Positions 25,107 through 37,585 of a stretch of 64,000 nucleotides of DNA are shown here, piece by piece. This DNA comes from Mobula hypostoma (taxonomy: Eukaryota). A model generated the notes under the pieces. The model was not told the origin of the DNA and made no database searches. It saw only the letters and a program-made list of their open reading frames with translations. The position numbers and the translations under genes were made by a program. Location: contig NC_086097.1 of assembly GCF_963921235.1 (NCBI RefSeq), positions 77,502,001-77,566,000 of the forward strand. The letters run 5' to 3'. Positions within the stretch are counted from its first letter, which is position 1, and each line of letters begins with the position of its first letter.

Positions 25107-26250
25107 TAATATTAAATTGTCACATGCAAGTAAGGTTGGCACTAGATGACTGGCAAAAAAAAAACATGAATATTAGACGGCCGTAAGGTTGAAGAGGGGT
25201 TACAGAGATGAAGATGTAGAGTCTACTCCTCAGTCTTTACTTGAGAGGGATCTCCTCCCAAAGCTTTCATTTTTGTGCCAAATGACATAGTCATCTGCAA
25301 CACATGGATATGGTTTTGGAACTGGAAATTGGAATTCCAGTTCCAAAATTCGTCAGAATTGTGCTTGTGGTTGGAAATTCTTTGTAGAATTATAATCCTT
25401 GTTAGAATTATTCCTCAAAATAAATGAGTGCCATTTAAAGTAATGTGTTTAATCTGTTTCATTAATTGGAAGTATCTCCTTGGTTGGGAGGGGGTCCCAC
25501 CATTCAAAATAGTGATTATTGACAGCTAAACTCCTTCAGAAAAGAGATTAAAGTGGTTAAGTAAATTCATCTTTGCATTATAGTGATATAATATAATCTC
25601 GCTAAAGTAAGGGTATCAAGGGACACCTACAAAACTTTAAATCTTGGCTTAAATTTAGGACTCTAACATGGTTATATTCAAGATCATCACAACCAATATA
25701 CATGTTTTCCTTTACTCTCTATCCAACACATTTAGTTTGCGTGCCAGAGCAAGTTTTAATATCAGCAGTTGCATCTGTGAGTCAGAACATATAGGACTTA
25801 TACCCTGCCCCAGGCAATACTGGCAAGAGTTGATAGGAGCTGTGGCTGATACTGAGCAAGTACTTCATGCCCAGTTGATGTAGGTAGCCTCATACTCATC
25901 AGATGGATAATGGGATCCCTTAAAACCCTCCCACAAAGCCGGACTATGAACCCATCAAGCAGGACTACTAATCCTTACTGGGTTAGGAAGTTTGCAAATG
26001 ACACAAAGGGTGCTGATGTTGTAGATAGTGTAGAAGGTTGTCGAGTGTTACTACAGGACATTGATAGGGTGCAGACCTGGGCTGAGAAGTGGCAGATGGA
26101 GTTTAACCTGGAAAAGTGTGAAGTGCTTCACTTTGGAAGGTCAAATTTGAAGGCAGAATACAGGGTTAAGAGCAGGATTCTTAGCCATGTGGAGGAACAG
26201 AGGGATCTTGAGGTCCACATTCACAGATCCCTCAAAGTTGCCGTGTACAT

Positions 26251-26396
26251 CTTCCTTCAGTTAGTCCTGATGAAGGGTCTCGGCCTGAAACGTCGACTGC
26301 ACCTCTTCCTATAGATGCTGCTTGGCCTGCTGCGTTCACCAGCAACTTTGATGTATGTTGCTTGAATTTCCAGCATCTGCAGAATTCCTGTTGTTT
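26251..26396 (+). mobile_element. 146-bp Penelope-derived 3' element carrying a hammerhead motif
   Basis: Flanked by the 8-bp direct repeat gtgtacat (26243-26250 / 26397-26404). Has the Penelope-type terminus tttccagcatctgcag. Confidence 0.85.
26263..26298 (+). ncRNA. Minimal type I hammerhead ribozyme motif
   Basis: agtc-CTGATGA-agg(gtctcgg)cct-GAAA-cg-TC-gact. Stem I is agtc/gact, stem II is agg/cct, stem III is the palindrome ACGT, and the cleavage triplet is GUC. Confidence 0.75.
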
Positions 26397-26942
26397 GTGT
26401 ACATTGATATGGTTGTTAAGGAGGCATAAGGTGTATTGGCCTTCATTAGTCAGGGGATTGAGTTCAAAAGTCTTGAGGTAATATTGTAGCTTTATAAAAC
26501 TCTGATTAGACCACACTTGAAATATTGTGTTTAGTTCTGGTCACCTCATTGTAGAGGGTGCAAAGGAGATTTATCAGGATGCTGCCTGGATTGGAGAGCA
26601 TTCCTTATGAGGAATGATTGAGTCAGCTATAGCTTTTCTCTCTGGAGCAAAGGAGGATGTGAGGTGATTTGATAGATGTGTACAAGATGATAAGATGCAT
26701 AGTGGATAGCCAGAGAGTTTTTCCCAGGGCCAGGGCAGAAATGGCTAATACAAAGGGACCATGATTTTAAGGTATGGTAACTGGAGGGATGATGTCAGGG
26801 GTATTTTTTTTAATGCAGAGAGTTGGGGTGTGGGATGCACTGCCAGGGGTAATGGTAGAGGAAGATACATTACGGACATTTAAGAGACTCTTAGGTACGT
26901 GGATGATAGAAAAATGGAGGGCTATGTGGAAGGGAAGGGTTA

Positions 26943-27457
26943 AGCCTGATTTATACTTCTGCATCAACTCAATGCCATAAGGACTGCATTGCTGGAATCC
27001 CTATGCAGAGCCGACGTGGATCCCTGCGCCAGAGTCTGACGCGCACCTCTCCCAAAATGTCACTGCGCGTCGCAGCAACGCAGACCGCAACAACTGTGAT
27101 TGGTCCGCTTGGTAGCATCGCATTTCCTCCTACGCTGCAATAGCTTCCCATTGGGCGACTGAAGGGCAGGGAAGGAACTCTGGCTGCAATGCTTTCCATA
27201 AAGCTTTACAGACCTCCGACATTATGGAGGACACATTTTGCTTTTACGAAAAAAGTCGCTCGCTTTAAACTTGTTCATCCCGAGAAAGACTACCATGACC
27301 ATGAAGCCTTGCGCGGGCAGGTGTGTGCGCATGCGCGACGTGCCCGAATTGCAGAGCAACGCAGACACACCAACGTACAAGTATAAATGCTCACAACGTG
27401 CGTTGGTCACTTGCGTAGGTTACGGCGTCGAGTTGACGCACAAGTATAAATCAGGCT
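26943..27457. mobile_element. PIF/Harbinger-type MITE, 515 bp
   Basis: Imperfect TIRs of ~38 bp (agcctgatttatactt... / ...aagtataaatcaggct) and a 3-bp TSD tta (26940-26942 / 27458-27460). The CR1 3' UTR rejoins on excision. Confidence 0.9.
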
Positions 27458-28619
27458 TTAGATGGATCTTAGAGTAAGTTAAAGGTACGCATAACATTGT
27501 GGGCCGAAGGGTCTGTATTGCGCTATAATGTTCTATGTTCCATCATCCGTTGCAATGGAAGTCACAGCTGTGGAAGGAATTTGCATGCTGCAAGTAAACT
27601 GCTAGATGACCCTGCAAATCCTCTCACTATTTCACATGAATCACAAAGGGTTGAGTGTTAAGTACCAGCCACTCCTTGACTACCCAGCAAGCAAGGCAGC
27701 TCACCTTAAAGACATACACAGACATTACCATTACCTGCCTAAGGCTCCTGTCTGGCATCGGTTTTCTTCATGGATGGACTGTCCCATTCTAAGGAAGGAA
27801 ACAGCATTGTAAACATTAGCTTACGGCTCAGGTTTAATCTTGTAAGAGAAATCCAAGATGAACACATTGTGCTTAGTGGTTCCTGAACAGACTGAGCTCT
27901 CAAAAAGCTGCTGAATAGATGCAGGTAGTAGGCAGATTATGAACTTTGCCAAATGTCAGATTTTGACATGTAAATTGTTGCTCACCACACAGAAGATCCT
28001 GTTCAACCAAGGACTGGTTTAAACCTGTACCTGAATATTTAACGTAAAAGCAACAGAAGCATATCAGCAGTAAATGAACCTGTCTCACCAAGGGCTTGAT
28101 TTATAAGAACAACTCCTACATTGAGGAGATTGTGAGACCAGACGTGCACATAAATATTGCTCCACTACTTCAAAAGGTTGTGGGCATTGGGTTTCTTGTA
28201 CATAACAGAATCGCTATGAAACTCTTTCCCAGAACTTGGACAGTGGTTTATTTTTCTTGGTGTATGACCCTAGGGATAAACATTCCAGGAACATGCTTTC
28301 TGACCACATGACATTGTGACCTGCATGCAGCTTTTTGCAGAAGAACTCCTGCCTGTGAGAGCCGCTGCTTCGATCCATGAAAGCAAATAGTTCTAAGGTG
28401 AGACAGATGGTTGCTACATAACTGATATGTACAATTGGTCTTTAAATTGAAAAGAGGTGGAAGGAATGTACAGGCAAATCCTTTGAACACTATTTTAAGA
28501 AACAAATCAAAGGAAATTGCACAGTAAGTAATATATACAGTATATTTAAATCACTAGGGGTGAGAGTGAACTCAGATAGGGCAAATTCAACATGTTTTCA
28601 AGGACAATAAAATTATGTA

Positions 28620-29675
28620 CTGGATTCCAGTTAATTGGGACACATCAGGAGTAATGCAATTTCACCCAATTAAGCGGCTGCCCCAATTAGCTGAAGTTTC
28701 ATGGAAATAATTAAAAAGGTATAAAACAAAACATAATACCAACTATGTAACAAGTTATGCATTTAAGTGAAACTCAGAACAAATTAGAACACTATCAATA
28801 CTACTGCAGTACTACAACTCGGTATTAGTTCCTAATAGTTATTAAAGGAGGAATTCATCCAGTGTACCCTGCAGTTCTCTTGATTGAATGTAAATAAACA
28901 AAATCAGCACAGACACCCAGTGCAGATAATGAACTACAATGCTTTTGATGATAGCATCTTCCAAATCTTCACTTACATTGCAACATTCAAGATGATTGTC
29001 GATACCTTCAAATTTTTCGTAGCTCCTATGTAGTGAAATTGTTTTATCTCCACTCCCAACCGTTTCTGCATCTCCAAGCCAGAATGCTTGAAACTGTAGT
29101 GAGTAAAACAGTTTTGAATTTTGAATTGTCTCACTGTTTATTTTTCACCAATCAGTGACACAGCTTTTTGAACACAGACACACACAATTGACACTATTTA
29201 AAAGATTCTCCAACCCTTTACCTTTCCCATCCATCTGGCTTCACTATTATCTTCTAGCTAGTCCTCCTTCACCTCCCCCCACCTGCTTATTCTGGTGTCT
29301 CCTCTCTTTCTTTCCAGTCCTGAAGAAGATTCTTGGTCTGAAATGTCAACTGTTTATTCATTTCCACAGATGCTGCCAGACCTGCTGAGTTCCTTCAGCA
29401 TTTTGTGTGTGTTGCTCTGGATTTCCAGCATCTGCAGAATCTCTTGTGTTTTCTATTTAAAAACTATTCACTGTCAGTACAGTGTAGTGTCTAACGGCCA
29501 CACAAATATATGTGACTGATGCTTTGGCAAAAGTCTCCAATTATGTGGCATAGTGTCCCAAATAAGTGAAAGAATTCCTGGCTATTTTCCTGATTAGTTT
29601 TTGTTTTTTTTAAAGAGTTGTCCCAAATAAGCAGCTGCCCCAATTAACCAGTTCCCCAATAACCAGATTCTACTG
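28620..29675 (-). mobile_element. pogo/Tigger-like non-autonomous DNA transposon
   Basis: Ends are ctggattccagttaattggg and ccccaataaccagattctactg followed by TA. Subterminal ggctgccccaatta repeats are present, plus a minus-strand acidic remnant FEGIDNHLECCNVSEDLEDAI. Confidence 0.7.
29204..29452 (+). mobile_element. Penelope-derived 3' element (249 bp) inside the pogo-like element
   Basis: TSD ctatttaaaa (29194-29203 / 29453-29462). Carries a variant hammerhead core CTGAAGA...GAAA-tg-TC at 29320-29347. Confidence 0.82.
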
Positions 29676-30819
29676 TACATTAGAATGGAAAATTTTGCAA
29701 TGAGAAGGACAAATATAGTAATTGGTTACAATGGCCTTATTTGTACATTATTAGGTTATTGGGAGGGAGCAAAGCACACATTGGGAATTAGAGTTTAGAC
29801 GGTCAGTTAAAAATGATGAACAATATCATTATTGGTAGTACACAATCATATTAGGAACACCTGACTTTTAGAATAGAAAGCCTGTATGGGATGAAGGAAA
29901 GAGCATAAATTCCTAGTCTCCCTTTGCTCCTTCCCTGAAGGTACAAATCCACAATGGTGAAAGTTTTGGCAAACTTCGGCAAAATTTCCTAGTGCCATAT
30001 CTAGGTCTGTGGCCATTGTTCAAGAGCAAACCTGCAAGGCTGGTAGATGGCAGACCAGCTTGCAATGAAAAACTGATCTGCATCGCACAGTAATATGTCA
30101 ATGTTTACTCTTTGCTCTTTGAGGAGGGATGATAGTTGCTTCCATTTTAACAATTTAATTTTATAATTTAATATGACAAAACATTTCAAAATTGAAGTTA
30201 TAAAGCCCAGCACAATGTATTCCAATGTCGTACTTCCAGGAATTAGGTTCTTTATTCACATTTAGTCATGCCAAGAGGGTTGGTTGGGAAAATTTTATTT
30301 TAGTGGAAAGTTTATGTTGTAAAACATGATCACACATAATTAACTCTACAGCAAATACTATTCTAATTACAGAGTTCTAATTTCCACTCGAACAAGGTTT
30401 TCCAAATGAAGTCCTCTGATCTGGCTGATTATATATAACAAAACCTAATGATTACTGGAAGAATTGCATTGGAATAAACTGACAGGGAGGGATGAGTATT
30501 TGAATAACTGAGGTATTTAGCTAATAAGACTTTTATTTCACATTAGCAGAGTCACTCATTTGAACCCCAGGTACTTTTAAATTCTCAGAGATATACAGCA
30601 GAGTTAAAGAGTGAAATGTTCCTCCTGTGTTGCTGATGTCAGTGTTAGGCTAGGGCATGAAGGGTAGCGAAATCTACTTTATTTGCCTTGGCCCACAGTA
30701 CAATTTCCAGTTTGCTGCATTCTGTGGCAGAAACTCCAGATTTGAAGGAGGCCATCACTAATTTGGTGTAATTTTAATTTACTCTATTGAACGCAGTACT
30801 CTAAATGTGATCTAACTAG

Positions 30820-31413
30820 AACTGTTGAGCTACAACATTATCACGTGGCTCTTGAATTCAGTTCCATGACTAACGAAGGCCAACATGTAATACATTTTTT
30901 TAACTATCACTTTGAGGGATCTATTGACATACACCCCAAGATCCCTCTGTTCCTCCACACTGCTCACAATCCTGCTGATCATTCCATACTCTGCCCTTAA
31001 ATTCAACCTTCCAAAGTGAAACACTTCACTTTTCTGGATTGAACTGCATCTGTCACCTTTCAGCCCATCTCTGCATCCTATCAAAGTCCTGTTGTAACTT
31101 ACGACAACATTGTACACCTTCCAAAACATCACAACCCTTCATGTCATCTGCACACTTACTAACCTACCCTTCTGCTTCCTCATCCAAGTTATTTATAAAA
31201 ATCACAAAGAGCAAATCCCAGATGTCTGCAGAACACCACAGGTCACTAGTCTCCAGGCAGAACATGCTCCATCTGCTACCACCCTCTGCCTTCTCTGGGC
31301 AAGCCAATTCTGAATCCATGCAGCCAAGTTTCCCAGGATCCCATGCCTCCTGACTTTCTGAATGATCCTATACTTGTCAAACTCCTTCCTGAAATCCATA
31401 CACACCATATCCA
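30820..31413 (-). mobile_element. CR1 RT fragment
   Basis: Minus ORFs DMVCMDFRKEFDK...WIQNWLAQRRQRVV and EVFHFGRLNL...EEQRDLGV. Confidence 0.85.
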
Positions 31414-31415
31414 AA

Positions 31416-32114
31416 TATAAGGGGTTTCATTTTTTATGTTACTGCGAAGGCTAACAAAATGGCTTCTTTGTTATGTTATAATTAAAATGACCTTTCTGTT
31501 ATAACAACTGCTGAGAAAGCACTCTCTCTAGTAGCTTGTTTGGGTTATAAAGAGAATTATATTCATTTGCTAACCAATTGGGATAGATGTTATTCTTTCT
31601 TGTGTGTCTGTAAGCTATTGTTCACGGGCTTTGAGGGAGAAGGCGCGATGGGGACAGAGAGAGGAGACGCGATGCTATAAGCTGGCCAATGGGACGGCCC
31701 CCGAGCAGAAGTCCGAGGACCAGGGTCTTTGGTGAGGAGAGGAGATGAGGACGGACTGGTGTGGAGCGTCTGGTTGACCACCGTGGTTGGTCCCAGGTGG
31801 TCGGAGGGGATTGAATTATGGAAAGAAGATTCCGTTAATTGAGCTCCAACTGTTGTGCTTAAAGTGGTTGAACATTAATAAGTTTGGCGCCTTTTATTTT
31901 CCTTTTATATTTTATCTCTATTAATCACATAGTTCCAGTAAGATCTATGAGGTGTAATCATTTAATCGCATATGGTGTTTTGTCTGTTATTTGGTGGGGT
32001 GGGGTACATCACACAGCATCCACGCAAACTTGGTTACCCAGTTTGGCGGGGCCAAATGCTGCTCCCTCTAGTCGAAAGCAAGTTGAGCGAGCCTGAGGCT
32101 TACCAGGGGCTACA
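31416..32114 (+). mobile_element. Solo LTR, 699 bp
   Basis: Termini are tata(tgta-like)agggg...ggggctaca, with a 4-bp TSD caaa (31412-31415 / 32115-32118). Shares cacagcatccac and tgtctgttattt with the 51643 LTR family. Confidence 0.72.
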
Positions 32115-33014
32115 CAAATTTAAACCTTGTTACCATGGTTTGCGCTTTTTATTTTGAATTAACTAAAAGTGGCCTTAATCTATTGGCTAGAATTAATCAG
32201 TTATGAATACTTCAAACATACATAAGGAGAGCACTTAATGGAGCAGTAAGTGGGTATATTACTTTTCACCTAGTGCATAATAATATGTTTGGCTTTCCCC
32301 TCAAAGGCTGAAGAAATTTGGATAGCAAATCCTCCACATGTATTTTTTGGGAATGAATGTAGAGCACAGAACAATACTGTTATTGGCTTTACAATAGAAT
32401 ATGATTCTAAGCAATCTTAAGTACACTTGTTATGGGAAATAGAATATTTCCCATTGGCATAAGGAATCTACTTCAGAAAGCATATATTCTGGGTCAGGAC
32501 AGAAGTCAATATTTTTTTCACTTTACCTTCCTCTGAGTTGATGTAAGGCATAAAATATGCAAAGACCCAGCCAGGATGATTATAAAATTTGTGTTTTTGA
32601 GTCCTACAAATGTTTTATGTCCATCTGATCACTGAGATTCAAAAAAAAGCTATCCATTCAGGGGCTAATCAGGACACTAATAAGGAGGAAAAGCCAGGGT
32701 AAGATTTACACACTGAATGGCAGGGCTCTGAGGAGTCTAGTGGCACAAAGGGACCTGGTATTACAGATCTATAATTCCTTGAAAGTGGTGTCACAGGTAA
32801 ACAGGGTACCAACGAGGGCTTTTGGCACATTGGCCTTCATAAATCAGTGCACTGACTACAGGAGATTGGATGTTATGTTGAAGTTGTACAAGATGTTGAT
32901 GAGGCTGAATTAAGAGTATTTTTGGCATTTTGGTAATCTACCTTTAGGAAAGATGTTAATAAGATTGAAAGAGTGCAGAAAAAAATTACAAAGATAACTC
33001 CAGGATTTGAAGAC

Positions 33015-33772
33015 TTTTTACTTTTACATTTACTTTATACTTTATTGTCACCAAACAATTGATACTAGAACGTACAGTCATCACAACGATATTTGATTCT
33101 GCGCTTCCCACTCCCTGGATCACAAATATTAAATATTAAAAATAGTAAAAATTAGTAAATATTAAAAATTTAAATTATAAATCATAAATAGAAAATAGAA
33201 AAATGGAAAGTAAGGTAGTGCAAAAAATGGAGAGGCAGGTCCGGATATTTGGAGGGTACGGCCCAGATCCGGGTTAGGATCCGTTCAGCAGTCTTATCAT
33301 AGTTGGAAAGAAGCTGTTCCCAAATCTGGCCGTACGAGTCTTCAAGTTCCTGAGCCTTCTCCCGGAGGGAAGAGAGACAATAAGTGTGTTGGCTGGGTGG
33401 GTTGTGTCCTTGATTATCCTGGCAGCACTGCTCCAACAGCGTGGGGTGTAAAATGAGTCCAAGGACGGAAGATTGGTTTGTGTGATGTGCTGCGCCGTGT
33501 TCACGATCTTCTGCAGCTTCTTTCGGTCTTGGACAGGACAACTTCCATACCAGGTTGTTATGCACCCTAGAAGAATGCTCTCTACGGTGCATCTATAAAA
33601 ATTAGTGAGGGTTTTAGGGGACAGGCCAAATTTCTTTAGTTTTCTCAGGAAGTAAGGCGCTGGTGGGTCTTCTTGGCAGTGAACTCTGCTTGGTTGGACC
33701 AAGTCAGGTCATTTGTGATATTGACCCCGAGGAACTTAAAGCTTTTGACCTGTTCCACTTGCGCATCACCGA
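33015..33772 (-). mobile_element. Rex1/Babar LINE 3' part (same subfamily as 14392-15435)
   Basis: Minus ORF YFLRKLKKFGLSPKTLTNFYRCTVESIL...RLLNGS with a (gtaaa)n tail. Confidence 0.92.
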
Positions 33773-33869
33773 GGTACAGTGTAAATCCTGGGTTAAAAGG
33801 AAAGATTAAACAGATTAGGAATTCATTCTTTGGACTGCAGGAGAATGAAGGGAGATCTTAAAGAGACAT

Positions 33870-35318
33870 CAGAATCAGAATCAGGTTTATTATAACCGGC
33901 ATGTGGCATGAAATTGGTTAACATAGCAGCAGCAGTTCAATGCAAGACATAATCTAGCAGAGAGAGAAAAAGAATAATAATAATAAATAAAATAAAACAT
34001 AATAAATAAACAAGTAAATCAATTACGTACATTGAATAGATATAAAAATGTGCAAAAACAGAAGTATTGTATATTAAAAACATGCGATAGTGTTCATGAC
34101 TTCAATGTTCATTTAGGAATCGAATGGTAGAGGGGAAGAAGCTGTTCCTGAATCGCTGAGTGTGTGCCTTTAGGCTTCTGTACTTCCTCCCTGATGGTAA
34201 CAGTGAGAAAAGGACATGCCCTGGGTGCTGGAGGTCCTTAATAACGGACGCTGTCTTTCTGAGACACCGCTCCCTAAAGATGTCCTGGGTATTTTGTAGG
34301 CTGGTGCCCAAGATGGAGCTGACTATATTTACAACCCTCTGCAGCTATTTTTCGGTCCTGTGCTGTAGCCCCTCCATACCAGACAGTTAAGCAGCCTGTC
34401 AGAATGCTCTCCACGGTACAACTATAAAAGTTCTTGAGTGTATTTGTTGACATGCCAAATCTCTTCAAACTCCTAATAAAGTACAGCCGCTGTTTTGCCT
34501 TCTTTATAACTACATCGATATGTTGGGACCAGGTTAGATCCTCAGAGATCTTGACACCGAGGAACTTGAAGCTGCTCACTCTCTCTACTTCTGATCCCTC
34601 TATGAGGATTGGTATGTGTTCCTTCATCTTACCCTTCCTGAAGTCCACAATCAGCTCTTTCATCTTACTGACGTTGAATGCCAGGTTGTTTCTGTGGCAC
34701 CACTCCACTAGTTGGCATATCTCACTCCTGTATGCCCTCTCCTCACCACCTGAGATTCTACCAACAATGGTTGTATCATCAGCAAATTTATTGATGGTAT
34801 TTGAACTATGCCTAGCCACACAGTCATGTGTATACTCAGTAGAGCAGTGTGCTAAGCACACACCCCTGAGGTATGCCAGTGTTGATCGCCAGTGAGGAGG
34901 ATATGTTATCACCAATCCACACAGACTGTGGTCTTCTGGTTAGGAATTCGAGGATCCAATTGCAGAGGGAGGTACAGAGGTCCAGGTTCTGCAACTTCTC
35001 AATCAGGATTGTGGTAATGATGGTATTAAATGCTGAGCTATAGTCGATGAACAGCATCCTGACGTAGGTGTTTGTGTTGTCTAGGTGGTCTAAAGCCGTG
35101 TGGAGAGCTATTGAGATTGTGTCTGCCGTTGACCTATTGTGGCGATAGGCAAATTGCAATGGGTTCAGGTCCTTGTTGAGGCAGGAGTTCAGTCTAGTCA
35201 TGACCATCCTCTCAAAGCATTTCATCACTCTCGATGTGAGTGCTACCAGGTGATAGTCATTAAGGCAGCCCACATTATTCTTCTTAGGCACTGGTATAAT
35301 TGTTGCCTTCTTGAAGCA
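33870..35318 (-). mobile_element. Rex1/Babar LINE, second subfamily, 5'-truncated and frameshifted RT
   Basis: Minus ORFs 34836-35345 ([36 protein letters not shown]), 34274-34915 (KFADDTT) and 34102-34311, with a (ttctga)n tail. Confidence 0.92.
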
Positions 35319-35409
35319 ATATATGCATGTATAGGGTGAATACATGCAGGAATTTCCCCCTTAAGTTGGGTGAGTCTACAACTGGAAGTCATAGATTCAG
35401 AGTGAAAGC

Positions 35410-36065
35410 TCACATCAATGGTTCTGGGTTTGAGAGGGTGAACAGCTTCAAGTTCCTCGGCATCCACCTCACCGAAGACCTCACACGGTCTATACACACC
35501 AGCTGTGTGGTGAAAAAGGCACAACAGCGTCTCTTTCACCTCAGACGGTTGAGGAAGTTTGGTATGGGCCCCCAGATCCTAAGAACTTTCTACAGGGGCA
35601 CAACTGAGAGCATCCTGACTGGCTGCATCACTGCCTGGTATGGGAACTGTACCTCCCTTATTCACAGGACTCTGCAGAGAGTGGTGCGGACAGCCCAGAG
35701 CATCTGTAGTTGTGAACTTCGCATGATTTGGGACATTTACAAATACAGCTGTGTAAAAAGGGCCCGTAGGATCACTGGGAACCCAAGTCATCCTGACCAC
35801 AATCTATTCCAGCTGCTACCATCCAGGAAACGGTACCGCAGCATAAAAGCCAGGACCAGCAGGCTCCGGGACAGCTTCTTCCACCAGGCCATCAGACTGA
35901 TTAACTCATGCTGATTTGAGTGTATTCTATATTAGATTGACTGTTCTATTTATTATAAATTATTATAAATTACTATGATTGGACATGGCACATTTAGATA
36001 GAGACGTAACATAAAGATTTTTACTCCTCATATATGTGAAGGATGTAAGAAATAAAGTCAATTCA
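35410..36065 (+). mobile_element. Rex1/Babar LINE 3' part, third subfamily
   Basis: ORF segment ERVNSFKFLGIHL...KAQQRLFHLRRL...SFFHQAIRLIN, ending aataaagtcaattca. Confidence 0.9.
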
Positions 36066-36339
36066 GTATTCAAGGGGAATCTGAAGGGAAACTTCTCACT
36101 CAGAGGGTGGTGTGTGTGGAATGAACTTCCAGTGGAATTTGTAGATGAGAGTTCAGTTGTAAAAAGTACAGAAATTTGGATAGGTACATGAGAAAAGGGG
36201 TTTGGAGGAATATGGTCCAGGTGCAGATAGATAAGACTAGGCAAGAGATCTGGTTGGTATGAACTAGATGGGCCAAAGGGCCTGTTTCTGTTCAGTGATA
36301 TTCTATGACTCTATCTTCCAATGCTTTGGCAGAAGTGAC

Positions 36340-37585
36340 CAAGAGTCATAGAGTCGTAGAAAAATACAGCACAGAAACAGGCCCTTCAGCCCATCTAGTC
36401 CATGCTGAACTATTTAAATTGCCTACTCCCATTGCCCTGCACTGTGACCATAGCTCTCCATATCCCTACCACCCATGTGCCTATCCAAAGTTCTTTTAAA
36501 TGTTGTTCTAGTTGTTTTCTTACACAACCTCAGTGGAAAAGTCCTGCTTGCATTTACCCTATCTATATACTTAAGAAGATAAGAAATAGGAGCAGGAGTA
36601 GGCTATATGAACCATCGACCCTGTCCCATCATTTAATAAGATGATGGCTGATTTGTCTGTAAACTCAGTTCCATCCACCTGCTTTTCCCCCATAATCCTT
36701 AATTCCCCTACTTACGTAAAAATCTATCTAACTGCATCTTAAATATATTTAGTGAAGAAGCCTCAACTGCTTCCCTGGGCAGAGAGTTCCACAGATTCAC
36801 CATTCTCTGGGAAAAACAGTTTCTCCTCATCTCCGTCCTAAATCTTCTCCCCTGAATCGTGAGGCAATATCCCCTAGTTCTAGTCTCACCTACCAAAGGA
36901 AACAACTTTCCTGCCTCTATCTTATCTATCCCTTCCAAAATTTTGTTTATTTCTATAAGATCCTCTCTCATTCTTCTGAACTCCAGAGAGTATAATCCCT
37001 GGCGACTCAATCTCTCCCCATAGGTTAACCCCTTCATCCTTGGAATCAACCTGGTGAACCTCCTCTGTACTGACTATTAAATCTCTCAGTCTTCTACGAT
37101 CCAAGGAATAAAGTTCTAATCTATTCAATATTTCTTTATAACTCAGGTCCTTCTGACCCAGCAACATCCTTGTAAATTTACTTGTACTCTTTTAGCCTTA
37201 TTTACATCTTTCCCGTAGGTAGGTGACTAAAACTGCATACAATACTCCAAATTAGGCTTCACCAATGTCTTATACAATTTCGACATAACATCCCAACTTC
37301 TGTACTCAGTACTTTGATTAATGAAGGCCAGTGAGCCAATAGCTTCCATAACGACCCCATCTACCTGTGACACCACTTTCAATGAATTAGGAACCTATAA
37401 TCCCAGGTTCCCTTCTTCTATTATACTCCTAAGTACCTTAGCGTTCATCGTATCCTGATTGGACCTTCTGCAGTGCAACAGCTCGCACATGTCAGTATTA
37501 ATTCCATCTGCCATTTCTCAGTCCATTTTTCCAGCCGGTGCAGATCCCTCTGCAAGCCAGGACAGCCTTCCTCATCATCCACATG
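36340..37585 (-). mobile_element. CR1 3' part interrupted by a second CR1 (~36573-37070, also minus strand)
   Basis: Two different CR1 3' UTRs are present. Minus ORFs are 36708-37049 (MKGLTYGERL...RNCFSQRMVNLWNSLP) and 36922-37167. Confidence 0.82.

Larger units (their letters stand above)
25978..27542 (+). mobile_element. CR1 LINE 3' part with nested Penelope insert and Harbinger MITE
   Basis: WVRKFANDTK...WAEKWQMEFNLEKCEVLHFG, with a 3' UTR ending ttctatgttc. Confidence 0.88.
32690..36312 (+). mobile_element. CR1 3' part split by three Rex1/Babar insertions
   Basis: CR1 pieces ~32690-33014, 33785-33869, 35320-35409 and 36066-36312 are collinear with the 3820-4590 part of the young CR1. 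Confidence 0.82.
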
